Counted from the stretch's first letter, positions 1-10,484 are shown. The stretch: 64,000 bases of DNA from an uncultured delta proteobacterium (GCA_963706575.1 CAVPNL010000012.1:192001-256000), one strand, 5' to 3'. Made by a program: numbers and translations. The notes: generated by a model not told the origin, from the letters alone.

Positions 1-27
1 TGCGGTATGCCCTAACTGGAGGAGTAG

Positions 28-626
28 ATGAAAACACTGGTGTGCCATGGGGATAGTCTGACGGCGCCTGACGAGCTGGAGCACAGGTCTATCTGGCCAT
101 CGTTGGTTGAAAGCAGATTGAAAATAAACGTGATCAACAGCGGTATCGGCGGAGATAGCAGCGGTGGCCTGCTGAGCCGATTTTACCCGCAGTGGTTCAA
201 CATCGCCCCGACGTTGTCCTGATTATGGGCGGCACCAATGACCTGTGGTGGGATCTTGACATAAAAATGATTCTCGCCAATATGTTTACCATGACCTGTC
301 AGGCTGAGCATCATGACATTGTCCCGCTGGTGGGTCTTCCGACCCCCATGGTTATTGAAAAAGCTTGCCAGCAGGAATTTGCTGCACCGGAAGGCGGCTA
401 TGACCGCTGCGTGGAAAAATTGGCTGCCCTGGCAAAGGCCTTAGCCCGAGCGGCGAAACAAAATGATATTGCCTGCCTGGATTTCTATCACCCTTTTTGT
501 GATAAATCTGGCAATGCCAATGGGAAATACTTTCTGGATGATGGTCTTCATCCCAATAAGGCCGGGCACCGGCTGATGGCAGAAATAACGGTTAAAATGC
601 TTAGAAACCGGTTCAATTTCGCTTGA
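28..626 (+). CDS. SGNH/GDSL hydrolase, split by a 1-nt frameshift near 186-188
   Basis: GDSL (28..222), GIGGD, MGGTND and DGLHP blocks (192..626). Adding one C to the ccc run at 186-188 joins the two ORFs as ...RFYPAVVQHRPDVV. Confidence 0.85.
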
Positions 627-641
627 CTCCCCGGGTTTCCG

Positions 642-940
642 CTATAAGCTATCGCAAAATTAGCAGTTCATCTTGGAAGACAGAGAAAAAAGTTCCAAAG
701 GTGCTTGTAAGTTAGAAGTGCCTAAAGTGACTAAAATGAGCTAAAATGCCTAAAGTTGAGGAATTCTGTCATTTTTATAATTAAAGATAGAGCGCCACGC
801 GGCGCAAGCGCCTGCGCTGCGCGAGCGAGGCCGTAATTTTAGGCATTTTAGATCATTTTTAATTTTAGCTCATTTGGTGTTATAAGAACTTTTTATAGAT
901 TTAAAACGCTACCATCGCGTGTTAAATACTTTTTGAGAAG
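642..940. mobile_element. MITE-like dispersed repeat, copy 1 (copy 2 at 27678-27950), with nested inverted 10-mer-periodic arms
   Basis: ctataagctatc(g/t)caaaattagcagttcatcttggaagac...ttttga(g/a)a is shared with 27678-27950. Inner arms are aaatgcctaaa / tttaggcattt. Confidence 0.8.
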
Positions 941-954
941 AGAGGATCGGTTGT

Positions 955-1551
955 TTAAACCGGTAAATGACGGCTCCTTTGAAAATTTTGAACGAAACGG
1001 ATGAGGTCTGGAAAAAAGATTAAAAAATGGGCTTCCAGGCTCCCGTAATGAAGTTTAATTTCTTCGATTGCACCCAGCAGGCGATCGCCGTTCGTCACTC
1101 TTTTAGACAGGCGGCTCAGGGCCTTTTCAACTCCCATTAAATCCTGATAGGAACCCAGCCAATCTTCACGTATCATAACCGGAATCATGGTCGCCAGACG
1201 CGCCGGGAGCGCTGTCCTGTGGGCCATTAAAATATCATAAATGCGGGAGATAAATTGATCCAAGGCCACATCGCTAAACCCCGACCAGTGACGATATAAA
1301 AGATGATCGTAACAAAGGTCAACGATGATACCGGCAAAGCGTCGTCGAGCGGGACTGTAAAGATTGCGACTGGCGCGGGTCGTTGGGTGAGAATCAGTAT
1401 AGGCATCTATTTTGCGATGAAGCTCAATTCCCCTTTTGATCTTTAGCGGGTACCGATCTCCAATTGATCCTTTTACAAAATCGCCCATAATGCTTCCCAG
1501 CAAAGACTCAGTGGAATCTTCTGCCAGGTATAGATGTGCCAGATAATTCAT
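955..1551 (-). CDS. acpH: Acyl carrier protein phosphodiesterase
   Basis: MNYLAHLYLA...GDFVKG...LHRKIDAYTDSH...DLCYDHLL. Start placed at MNYLAH (1551) rather than 1620. Confidence 0.9.
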   Translation of the reverse strand: MNYLAHLYLAEDSTESLLGSIMGDFVKGSIGDRYPLKIKRGIELHRKIDAYTDSHPTTRASRNLYSPARRRFAGIIVDLCYDHLLYRHWSGFSDVALDQFISRIYDILMAHRTALPARLATMIPVMIREDWLGSYQDLMGVEKALSRLSKRVTNGDRLLGAIEEIKLHYGSLEAHFLIFFPDLIRFVQNFQRSRHLPV

Positions 1552-1637
1552 AAGGATCAAATTGACATGCGAAATTTGCGTGTTAATATAAGGACTATCT
1601 AAAAAGCGGGTTTTGATCAAGGGAAAGGATTTTTCAG

Positions 1638-2126
1638 ATGCGATGGTTGCACGCGAGCTTTCGAAAAAAGACGGCGATAGTCATCATCACGATTATGGTT
1701 CTGCCCATGCTTTGCGGAGCGGTGGATATTGAATTGCCGGGTCTTAATCTAAAATACGGCAAGCTGGAACGCAGCCGCGATGTCACCAAAACCTTTGAAA
1801 CACCCCGGGTTTTAGAAAACCATCAATACTATTCCAACGGCTGGGGATCCGTTCCGTATGCGATCATCGCCATTGATCGCAAATACAAACTGCGCCAAGG
1901 CTTGTGGAAAGCGGTTGAGGTTACCGTACCGCTTCTCAGAAGCTGGGTTCACCAGATGGATAGCATCTACGGATACCCGCCCTACGGGTTCCAAATTTTA
2001 GACCATAAGGGCAACCAGGTGGGGGTATGGTATTCAAGCAAGCAATGGACAACCATCGTTATCGAAGAAGGCAATCAGATTGCCGTCTTTGCGCCCGAAG
2101 TGCCGGGTTTTCGAGGAGGCAATTAA
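1638..2126 (+). CDS. Hypothetical exported protein
   Basis: 162-aa ORF with a hydrophobic N-terminal signal-like segment. Confidence 0.65.
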   Translation: MRWLHASFRKKTAIVIITIMVLPMLCGAVDIELPGLNLKYGKLERSRDVTKTFETPRVLENHQYYSNGWGSVPYAIIAIDRKYKLRQGLWKAVEVTVPLLRSWVHQMDSIYGYPPYGFQILDHKGNQVGVWYSSKQWTTIVIEEGNQIAVFAPEVPGFRGGN

Positions 2127-2169
2127 AGCGTTTCGATAGAACCCATTTCGAAAAGTCTATCACTCCCAA

Positions 2170-3150
2170 ATGGCTGTCGCAATGAAAGCCAGTCAATCAA
2201 AAACTGAAAAACGATATCGCTCTTTGCTTCAAAAGGCTGTTAGACGCGGTAATGTCGACTTGGTCCTCACCACCAGCGCCCTTCTTGAATCCCTCGGTTC
2301 TGCAGATAAAAATTGGTACCTCAATCAAACGGCCATCATTACCTTTGAAGAATGCTGGCCGCTGGGAACCGGATTAATTTTCAACAAAAAGTTCCACAGC
2401 AAAGTGGCGGCCTTAATCCGTGTGACCCGTGCCAGCAAGGCGCGGGATGCGACCGGGCTGGGATATTTAGCCTATGCATTGTCCCAGGGAGACACCAGCG
2501 TTCTGGATGACACCGCCGGCGATAAAGCCATTAAGATTGTGGCCAATGCCATCCGGCGGCCCGATGATTTCTGGCAGTGGGTCACCTGGCAAAAAACTGC
2601 TGCTGCTGAAAAAAATCTGATTGATAACGCCGTCCGATTCAAAAAGGTCGGCCTGCCGCATGATAACGCGGTTATTCAAGCAGCCGCTTATCTAGCGGTT
2701 ACCGGTCAATTATCCCGGATTGAAGCGGGCCAGCCGTCGGACCCAAAATTTTCCTACTGGATTGTCTTTGACAATCACACCCCTGAGGGCCGACGGGCGC
2801 TGCGGGACATTGCCCGGGACCTGCATATTTCTCTGGCGCAGCTGGAATGGACATATTTTTATTTTGAAGGCGCACTGGCAAATGGAGAGATTTCTTCAAA
2901 ATGGTGGGACCGGCACTGCCGCTGGCACTTTAAAAAAATAGAACTGCCCGCCAATGAAGCGCATCTGCTCTGGGATCCTGCCCGAGTCCAGTTGGAGGAG
3001 CGGCTGACGGCGGAAGGCCGCCAGTTAAAAAATGAGCTTTATCGCTGGAAATTGGCCAATCGAGAAGGCATTGAATCCCTAAAACGGCAGGTTCAATTGT
3101 ACCTGGATCATATGGAGGAGATCCAGCGGGACCAGGGGGGATTGTTTTAA
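2170..3150 (+). CDS. Hypothetical protein with a motif resembling the MgsA/RarA C-terminal region, no AAA+ domain
   Basis: SLLQKAVRRG resembles the MgsA S(A)LQKSIRRG/RGS motif. Also contains DNHTPEG. No Walker A seen. Confidence 0.55.
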   Translation: MAVAMKASQSKTEKRYRSLLQKAVRRGNVDLVLTTSALLESLGSADKNWYLNQTAIITFEECWPLGTGLIFNKKFHSKVAALIRVTRASKARDATGLGYLAYALSQGDTSVLDDTAGDKAIKIVANAIRRPDDFWQWVTWQKTAAAEKNLIDNAVRFKKVGLPHDNAVIQAAAYLAVTGQLSRIEAGQPSDPKFSYWIVFDNHTPEGRRALRDIARDLHISLAQLEWTYFYFEGALANGEISSKWWDRHCRWHFKKIELPANEAHLLWDPARVQLEERLTAEGRQLKNELYRWKLANREGIESLKRQVQLYLDHMEEIQRDQGGLF

Positions 3151-3226
3151 AAATGGCGCACGCCCTGCCGGCTTTCAGGCCAAAGGCCACCTTGACAATT
3201 CCCGATGCAAATGCCAAATTGGAAAA

Positions 3227-4093
3227 ATGAGCGCCAACGGTATCCAAATCCAGGAATTGCCCGATTTAAAAAATCCGCTGTTGATCGCCGGTTTCGACGG
3301 CTGGGGTAATGCGCTGAAAATATCCAGCGGCATGGCCGCCTATCTTATTCGCACTTTTAAAGCGCAACGATTCGCCGAACTCGATCCCGATGTATTTTTC
3401 CGCTATGATGAAAAACGGCCGGTGGTCCATATAGAAGACGGGAGGTTTAAAAGCCTTTCATCACCGGGAGGTACTTTCTATGCTGCACAGACAGCACCTG
3501 ACGGGCGCGACCTGGTAATTCTGAAAGCCGACGAGCCCAACCTGAGATGGTTTGGTTTTGTTGACGAATTATTGAATCTTTGCAGCCGACTCCACATTGA
3601 AACCATTATCACATTGGGCAGTATGTACGATCATGTCCTGCACACGGACCGAATCTTATCAGGGACCGCCTCCAATGCGGAGCTGTCTTCGATGTTGAAG
3701 CAAAAGGGTGTGAATTCAATTTCCTACCAGGGCCCCAGTGCCATTCACTCCACCATCCATTCAGAGGCCCTGAAAAGAGATATTGCCGGCATCAGCCTGT
3801 GGTGCCATTGCCCCTATTATCTTCAGGGTACCACCCACTTTGGGATTTTAGCCCATCTGGGGGAAATGCTGGCGGCTATCGGAGGCTTTGAGTTGAACAT
3901 CGAAGGTCTGGAAGCCAGCTGGCAAAAACTGAATATCCAGATTGAAAACCTGATTGAAAATAATACCGAACTTCAAGCGGTGATCAATGAATTGCGCAAA
4001 GCAAAGGTGCGAGGGGCAGCCGCCAAAATGACGGGTGCCATCAAATCCGACGAAAAAATTATTAATATTCAGGACTTCTTGCAGCCCAAATAA
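3227..4093 (+). CDS. PAC2 family (proteasome assembly chaperone-like) protein
   Basis: LIAGFDGWGNA, EPNLRW, ITLGS...HT, YQGPSAI, LWCHCPYY. Confidence 0.85.
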   Translation: MSANGIQIQELPDLKNPLLIAGFDGWGNALKISSGMAAYLIRTFKAQRFAELDPDVFFRYDEKRPVVHIEDGRFKSLSSPGGTFYAAQTAPDGRDLVILKADEPNLRWFGFVDELLNLCSRLHIETIITLGSMYDHVLHTDRILSGTASNAELSSMLKQKGVNSISYQGPSAIHSTIHSEALKRDIAGISLWCHCPYYLQGTTHFGILAHLGEMLAAIGGFELNIEGLEASWQKLNIQIENLIENNTELQAVINELRKAKVRGAAAKMTGAIKSDEKIINIQDFLQPK

Positions 4094-4203
4094 ATCCCCT
4101 CAAAATCTAAATTCCAAGCCCAAATCTCTGCCTCAAAACGTCCAATTTTAGTGAAGATTCCCAGATTCAAAGGTTCAGCGGTTGGGTATCGGCAGAAAAT
4201 TGC

Positions 4204-4288
4204 TCACCGCAGAGACGCAGAGTACGCAGAGATTATTATTTTTTAGCTTTGAGGGAATTTCTCTGCGCCCACTGCGTCTCTGCGGTGA
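4204..4288. repeat. Periodic hairpin repeat (caccgcagagacgcagag ... ctgcgtctctgcggtg)
   Basis: Inverted arms built from 9-mer (c)gcagag units. Near-identical copy at 5267-5343. Confidence 0.85.
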
Positions 4289-4368
4289 AAGGCTTTTAGA
4301 ACCTCACTATATATAAGGTGGATCATCAGAATGCTGAAACAACTAAACCCTGAACTCATGAACTTCCA

Positions 4369-5016
4369 CTAAAAGAGGCCATGCCTCCCGCGAAATGCGG
4401 CCACCCGTGAGCGGTGAGTTGGATATCGCCCGCCAGTTAGGTAGTAATGACTTCTGACACCCTGATTTCGTTGGTAGCGGTTATGAAGGGGATGTTTAGC
4501 AGGGTGTTGCTTAGGGTGTATTTTTCGATATCGGTTGCCGTCGAAACGCTTGTGACCCTTTTTATGGTGGTGGGATCCGTACCCGTAATAGGGATAATAA
4601 TAACCATATCCGTAACTGCTGGAAGAACTGTAGTCAGCGTTTTCAGATGCGGCCTGCGCATCCTGCAGAATCCGGTCCGCTTCCCGCAGCGCCTCATCAG
4701 CCCTGGCATTGGCTGCTGCAATCCGCCGCTCGGCCGCCAGTTGCTGCTCCAGTATAAAGGCTTCCCTTTCGGCCAGCTCCTGTCTGGCAACCGCCAGGCG
4801 GTCTATCTCGCGGCGCTGGTTATCGGCTTCTTCATCATAAGGGATTTCAGGCGTTTTCATGAAAAGGGTTGCCTGTTTCGGGGGTGCATGATTGGTAAAA
4901 TATTTAACACCGTTTTCATCCGTCCAGGCGTAAATATCTGCGCCGGCGGTCGAAACCCCAAGACCGGCAAACCCCAAGAGCGCCAGTATCAGCACCCGTA
5001 TGTTCAAGCGTTTCAT
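4369..5016 (-). CDS. DUF4124-like exported protein with a Tyr/His/Arg-rich tail
   Basis: Signal peptide followed by ADIYAWTDENGVKYFTNHAPP. GGAGG RBS upstream of ATG 5016. Confidence 0.8.
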   Translation of the reverse strand: MKRLNIRVLILALLGFAGLGVSTAGADIYAWTDENGVKYFTNHAPPKQATLFMKTPEIPYDEEADNQRREIDRLAVARQELAEREAFILEQQLAAERRIAAANARADEALREADRILQDAQAASENADYSSSSSYGYGYYYPYYGYGSHHHKKGHKRFDGNRYRKIHPKQHPAKHPLHNRYQRNQGVRSHYYLTGGRYPTHRSRVAAFRGRHGLF

Positions 5017-5266
5017 TGGTGCCTCCTCTCGAAATCCTTTCGGAAATCCTATTTTTGAGATGGACTCTATTAATATAACCATGGTTTTCTCACTGTAAAT
5101 GAAAAGACATGGATACAGCCCTTTAGCGGGGCCAGTCTTGTTTGTACCTATAGACGCATCAAACGTCAACCCGGTCGACATATTTTGGTGCGGATCAAAG
5201 TGCCCAAAGCTAAGGAATTCTGCCCGTCGAGAGCCTCAGGGTCGAACGACCATTTTTATTATGGAT

Positions 5267-5343
5267 TCACCGCAGAGACGCAGAGGGCGCAGAGAGAAAG
5301 TTTCTTTATAAAAAACTCTGCGCCCTCTGCGTCTCTGCGGTGA
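5267..5343. repeat. Periodic hairpin repeat, same family as 4204-4288
   Basis: tcaccgcagagacgcagagggcgcagag / ctctgcgccctctgcgtctctgcggtga form perfect inverted arms. Confidence 0.85.
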
Positions 5344-5360
5344 GCGAAGTCAAGACAGCT

Positions 5361-7043
5361 CTAGTTGGCTTCGGCAGAGACACCGGATTCCAGCTCACTG
5401 AGGATCTCGGAGGTGATTTTCTGGTGAAGCCGTTCCTGGCGGGTGGAGAACACGGCCTGATTCAGCTTGCGTGTCTGACGGGCTTCTTCAAGGAAATAGG
5501 CCAAAATGTTAAGCTCGGCATTGATGGAACGCCCGGATTTACGGGCAGCTTCAAGTTTGGCCAGCACAGCGATGATTCCGTATGCATAAAGGCTTAAGGT
5601 GGTGATCCGTCTCAAAAAAAATTCCTTGCGGGTGATCGATTCGCCGTAAATTAAATATCCGATCAGGATCATCAGGCGCATGCGGCGCGCGCTCGCTTTG
5701 GCAAACCGCAGGGCACGATTCATCATTGTTGCATCAAATGTAATTGGCCAGCGGGTGCGGCGAAACATCTTTTTAACAAGTGCAAAAAACTGAGACAGTC
5801 GACCGGATGCTTCAGCCTGCAAACGTTTGTTTAAGGTCCGTAAGACGAACAGGGCCGGATAGATCGAGTGAATTTCAGTCGTACCTTCAAAAATAGTGGT
5901 GACCCGAAAATCCCGCATGCGTTTTTCATAGGGCTGGGTCGTTAGATAGCCTGCCCCCCCTGCGACCTGCAAGGCATCGTAAATCGTATCCCAGGCACGG
6001 GTGGTGCCAAATAACTTGCAATGCGAACTTTCAATTGCCACGGTCGCAGTGGGGTTGCTTTCGAGCATCCCGGCAGTAAAGGTTGTCATCGCCGAGGCCA
6101 CATACCCGTGAACCCTGGCTTTAACCATTTTTTCCTGGATGAGCTCAAATTGATTGATGGGAACCCCGAATTGAGTCCGGCTGGCAGCCCGATCGGACAT
6201 ATCCAACAACGACTGTTTCATCATCCCGGCCGAGGCGGCGCCCAGCGCCATTCTCCCGTAATTTAAAACGACCATGGCGATCTTAAACCCGTCACCGGGT
6301 TGGCCTAAGAGATTCTCTTTGGGAACTTTTACATCTTGAAATTGAATGGCGGCTGTAGAACTCGCCTTCAGGCCCATCTTTGGCATATCCTTACCGATTT
6401 TCACGCCATCCCATGCCGTTTCCACAATGAATGCCCCCATGAATCCGGGGTTATCCGCATCCAGCTGCGCAAATACAGTCAAGCCTCCGGCATAATTGGC
6501 ATTGGTAATATAGGTCTTGGTCCCATTTAAGATGAAATGGTTGCCGTCTTCTGAAACCGCGGCAACGGTCTGGATATTCCGGGCATCTGACCCGGTCTGC
6601 GGTTCTGTCAGCGCGTAGGAAAAAATCATTTCACCCGAGGCCGCCGGCACCAGATATTTGCGTTTCTGCTCCTTATTGCCAAACAGCACAATCCCCTTTA
6701 TACCGATGGAGAGGTGGGCCAGCGCAAGAATTCCCAGTGACATATTTTGGCTGGCCAGGGTTTCAACGATATGAAGATATTGCCTCAGGCTCAGCCCGAC
6801 CCCGCCGTATTCCCGGGGAATGGTGAGGCCGAAAAAATCATTGCGCCCGAGTTTTTCCATCAAATCAGCAGGCACCATCCCTTGTTCTTCTAAAAAAGAG
6901 GCGGGATATTCCGAATTGACTTCAAGGTATTTTTGAATGATCCCCCGGATCGTCTCATTGGTTTCAAATTCCCGGAAGCTATTAAACCGATCGGTATCAA
7001 GCGAGTCAAAATAAGTGTTTATCAAAAAGTTTTCATAAGACAT
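5361..7043 (-). CDS. Acyl-CoA dehydrogenase (long, ACAD9/VLCAD-like C-terminal extension)
   Basis: YALTEPQTGSDA, NGTKTYITN, KMGLKAS, R-x-QFG, RDFRVTTIFEGTTEI. Confidence 0.93.
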   Translation of the reverse strand: MSYENFLINTYFDSLDTDRFNSFREFETNETIRGIIQKYLEVNSEYPASFLEEQGMVPADLMEKLGRNDFFGLTIPREYGGVGLSLRQYLHIVETLASQNMSLGILALAHLSIGIKGIVLFGNKEQKRKYLVPAASGEMIFSYALTEPQTGSDARNIQTVAAVSEDGNHFILNGTKTYITNANYAGGLTVFAQLDADNPGFMGAFIVETAWDGVKIGKDMPKMGLKASSTAAIQFQDVKVPKENLLGQPGDGFKIAMVVLNYGRMALGAASAGMMKQSLLDMSDRAASRTQFGVPINQFELIQEKMVKARVHGYVASAMTTFTAGMLESNPTATVAIESSHCKLFGTTRAWDTIYDALQVAGGAGYLTTQPYEKRMRDFRVTTIFEGTTEIHSIYPALFVLRTLNKRLQAEASGRLSQFFALVKKMFRRTRWPITFDATMMNRALRFAKASARRMRLMILIGYLIYGESITRKEFFLRRITTLSLYAYGIIAVLAKLEAARKSGRSINAELNILAYFLEEARQTRKLNQAVFSTRQERLHQKITSEILSELESGVSAEAN

Positions 7044-7327
7044 TTTTTAACTCCTTTGCTTCGGCAAACACCGCCGATATTGAACCGCAGCAAAATTGCA
7101 TTTCGTCACCAATTATACAGTAATCATTACAAATTTTCGGTCAACTGAGCAACAGATCAACTGCCTTCAGAGCGCTGGCCAGGATACCGAACAACCCAAA
7201 AAAGCGTTTATTCTGTTAAGTGGCTTGTAAATTATTAAAAATTTTAGGATGATTGGACACCCTGGGTTCGAGAATGAACACCATATGCTTCAAGATAATA
7301 ATCAAAAAACAGAATGGACTGACAAAA

Positions 7328-7638
7328 TGAAAATAAAAGTGGAGAGTGAAAAAATCATCAAAGCGGTAAAAAAATTCGAGGGTATTGAGATTGTATTGGA
7401 AAACCTCAATGACGCCAAGGAAGCGATTCAACTGATCTTACATCGTAGCGGCTTATTTGAGAGACAAAAAGCGGATAAGTTTAAAGATGTAGCGGTCACC
7501 TCTTTTCAAAAATATGAAACCACCGCCGTCGATTACAAGATGATTTTTTTACTTGAATTTATCTTTGAGACGGATGTTTCCCTGGATGAAAAAGTCTCAA
7601 TTATCAAGGAACTTCAGGATTTCTTTAATAAAGTCTGA
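7328..7638 (+). CDS. Hypothetical protein
   Basis: ORF 7249..7638. Probable start MKIKVES at 7328. Confidence 0.55.
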
Positions 7639-7711
7639 ACCGTTAGGCGCCCCATTTACGGGATTCAAACATTGAACCGGTTTAATTTCCTTTTGAAAGG
7701 AGATTATTCTG

Positions 7712-8317
7712 ATGGCGAAAAACAAAGGCCATTTGGAAGTAAAACGCTTTGTATCGGATCGGGGCAAAAACCAGTACCTGCTGATCAGCGGCAATGAGGC
7801 CGCGGTCATCGACGTATCCGATGCGTCCGACGAGGTCGGCAAGCTCATCGATGAAAGGGGCCTTACTCTGAAATATGTGCTGATCTCCCATGCCCATCCA
7901 TCTCACGTAGCAGCACTGCCCCGGCTGAAAGAAAAATTCGGCGCAGCCTTCTGCCTGCATGAATACGAATACCAGCATCTCAAAGAAACGGATGTTGCCA
8001 CGGAGCCGGATCAGATTCTGCAGGATAATAATATCCTGCAGCTGGGAGACATTGAAATAAAAATTTTGCTCACAGCCGGACACACAAAAGGTTCTGTTTG
8101 TTTTTGGGCCAAGGCGGCCAAGGCCCTTTTTAGCGGCAGCACGCTTTTAAAAAAAGGCTATGGTCGGATTTGGGGACCCAGCAGCATGTCCCTGATGCAT
8201 TTCAGCATGAAGCGCCTCGGTTCCACAATTCCGGCTGACACCACGATTTATACCGGCAGCGGCGAACTGACCAAAATGGCAAACGAAGGCTGGATTCACT
8301 GTATGCGCAGCGCGTAG
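7712..8317 (+). CDS. MBL-fold protein (glyoxalase II-like) with degenerate metal ligands
   Basis: AVIDV, SHAHPSH, AGHTKGS, FSGSTL. AAGGAG RBS. Confidence 0.8.
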   Translation: MAKNKGHLEVKRFVSDRGKNQYLLISGNEAAVIDVSDASDEVGKLIDERGLTLKYVLISHAHPSHVAALPRLKEKFGAAFCLHEYEYQHLKETDVATEPDQILQDNNILQLGDIEIKILLTAGHTKGSVCFWAKAAKALFSGSTLLKKGYGRIWGPSSMSLMHFSMKRLGSTIPADTTIYTGSGELTKMANEGWIHCMRSA

Positions 8318-8421
8318 CCAGTTGCGTCCACCGAAAGCGGATTAACGTGAAGATACCCCGGTCAACAGACGCTCAACGGGGGTAAACCAATATTGCCCAA
8401 AGCACATTCTGGGTCTTGGGT

Positions 8422-9300
8422 CTAGCGTCCATTGGTCTGAGAAATGATATTCCAGGCGTCTTCAGCGGTTTCAACAAATTGAAAAAGGTCCAAATCTTTG
8501 GCTGAAATCGTTCCCTCCTCTACCAGGGCGTCAAAGTTAATCACCCGCTCCCAGAATTCTCTGCCGAACAGCAGAATCGGTATCGCATTGACTTTTTGGG
8601 TCTGAACCAGGGTCAGCGTCTCAAAAAGCTCATCCAGGGTACCGTATCCCCCCGGAAATGCCACCAGCGCTTTGGCGCGCATCAACAAATGCATTTTGCG
8701 TACCGCAAAATAATGAAATTGAAAGGTTAACTCCGGGGTAATATACGGATTGGGAGCCTGTTCAAAGGGCAGCACAATGTTCATGCCGATGCTGGGGATG
8801 CCGGCTTCATGAGCGCCCCGGTTGGCAGCCTCCATAATGCCAGGGCCCCCGCCGGTAATCACGACCAGCATGTCTTTGCCGGTGTTGCTGGAAATGAGGC
8901 CGCCGAGTTTGCGGGCTTCTTCATAATATTTGCTGTTGGCCAGGGCCCGCCGGGCAATACTGACTTTTTGTTTAAGGGCGTCGTCGTTTTTGTTTTTGCG
9001 ATATTCGGCTTCGGCCGAAACGAGTCGGGCTTCAGCTGTTTGCGGCTCCGGAATGCGGGCGCTTCCAAAAATAACCACTGTGGATTCAATATGGTTTTCC
9101 TGCAAAATCAGCTCGGGTTTGAGCAACTCGAGCTGCAATCTTACCGGACGCAACTCATCCCGCAAAATAAATTCTTCATCCTGATATGCCAGCCGGTAAG
9201 AGGACGAGCGGGTGTGGGGAGAATCAACGTGCAGATGGGCCGATTGGGCATCGTCGAGAGCCGAGATGAAAAACTTTTTTTTGGGTTTCTTGGAAGACAT
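8422..9300 (-). CDS. LOG family (TIGR00730-type) nucleotide-binding protein
   Basis: FGSAR, TGGGPGIMEAANRGA, PGGYGTLDELFE. Confidence 0.92.
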   Translation of the reverse strand: MSSKKPKKKFFISALDDAQSAHLHVDSPHTRSSSYRLAYQDEEFILRDELRPVRLQLELLKPELILQENHIESTVVIFGSARIPEPQTAEARLVSAEAEYRKNKNDDALKQKVSIARRALANSKYYEEARKLGGLISSNTGKDMLVVITGGGPGIMEAANRGAHEAGIPSIGMNIVLPFEQAPNPYITPELTFQFHYFAVRKMHLLMRAKALVAFPGGYGTLDELFETLTLVQTQKVNAIPILLFGREFWERVINFDALVEEGTISAKDLDLFQFVETAEDAWNIISQTNGR

Positions 9301-9606
9301 GGATCACACTCCTTATTGTCGGTTTTTCTATCGATTTGCGAAACGTGCACAGGCCTTGGATCACAGAGAAAAATTCCGGATTATCTAATAAATCTATCAG
9401 GGGCCTCTGCGTCTAGCAAGCCTTTTACCTAAGTTGAGCGTTTCAAATCTTTAAAAAATGGGGTGAACTATTTTCTGAGGCAGGCGGGTCTGTGGCAAAA
9501 AAAATGCGCCTCACGAAAAGTCGCAAAGGCGCAAAGGTGCCAATAACTATTTAAATTTTTAACAGAAAGTTAAAACGGGTGAAAATCAAGCAAATTAGAT
9601 ACTCGC

Positions 9607-9960
9607 CTACCCAACTGTATCCAGCAATGAACCCAGCATTTCATCCTGGGTTTCAATGGTTTTCAGGTTTGCCTGGTAGGCTCGTTTGGTGACCATAAGA
9701 TTTGGAATCTCCTCCGTCAGATCCACATTGGAAGTCTCCTTTTCAACCGTTTTACCATTTTCGGTCACATCATATCGAAGGCCCGGGCTATCATCCCTTC
9801 TGATTTCGACCCGAACACCTCCATTCTGGTCTGTTTGAAATGTTGCCCGGTTTTTCTTGAAGCCATCCGTGTTGACATTGGCAATATTGTCGGCGGTAAC
9901 CCCCAGCTTCGTAACAAAAGCCCTCAAAGCAGATACCGTGCCGTTTAACGCTGAAATCAT
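9607..9960 (-). CDS. Short flagellar basal-body rod/hook-family protein (orphan)
   Basis: ADNIANVNTDGFKK N-terminal motif and SNVDLTEE...AYQANLK C-terminal motif. Confidence 0.85.
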   Translation of the reverse strand: MISALNGTVSALRAFVTKLGVTADNIANVNTDGFKKNRATFQTDQNGGVRVEIRRDDSPGLRYDVTENGKTVEKETSNVDLTEEIPNLMVTKRAYQANLKTIETQDEMLGSLLDTVG

Positions 9961-10001
9961 TTTGCCCCCCGATAAGCGCTCTTATGCACTGCCGTTCTTC
10001 A

Positions 10002-10118
10002 AGAAGCCATCCCAAGCTGGAAAAACTGGGCTCCGCCGCGCCTGCCTCGGCGTAGCCACGCTTTTCGCGTGGCGAAGACGGGATCTTGAACCAAAATCCT
10101 ATTTTTGAGATGGCTTCT
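10002..10118. mobile_element. MITE (agaagccatc ... gagatggcttct ends)
   Basis: Terminal inverted repeats present. The right end aaatcctatttttgagatgg recurs at 5044-5063. A minimal palindromic form lies at 10425-10454. Confidence 0.7.
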
Positions 10119-10252
10119 AATAAAAAACTTCCCAAAATGCCGTTATTCTAACCGGAACATACTCCATCATGTATAGTTGTGAGAGCCCGAATAAGAAGAT
10201 GCACGTGCATCTGAGAAGTTTTAAATGTTTAATTCACTTTGCTGGTCATTGT

Positions 10253-10268
10253 TACAATATCTATGCCA
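10253..10268 (-). promoter_or_regulatory. Putative sigma54 promoter for the flagellar-family gene
   Basis: Minus strand TTGGCAT-AGATA-TTGT. IHF-like aatatcaaatactta at ~10296-10310 and tgaca/tgtca UAS-like repeats at 10336-10390. Confidence 0.55.
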
Positions 10269-10484
10269 ATACGCCTTTATCAATTAATATATATTAATAT
10301 CAAATACTTATACACTTTACAAAAACATGAAAAGTCTGCAAAATGACAAAATGTGTCATTTTTTTTGCCCTAAAATGTCAATTTAAGCAGTTTGAATTTC
10401 AGCCGGGAAGGTGGTAAGAAGCTTGAACCTATCTCAAAAATAGGAGATGGGTTCTTGATGTTGTGTCCAATGGAACAGCAAAAA

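Noticed and set aside
9607..9960. Assigning flgC/flgG/flgE
   Set aside because: Only the shared terminal motifs are present and there is no flagellar operon context.
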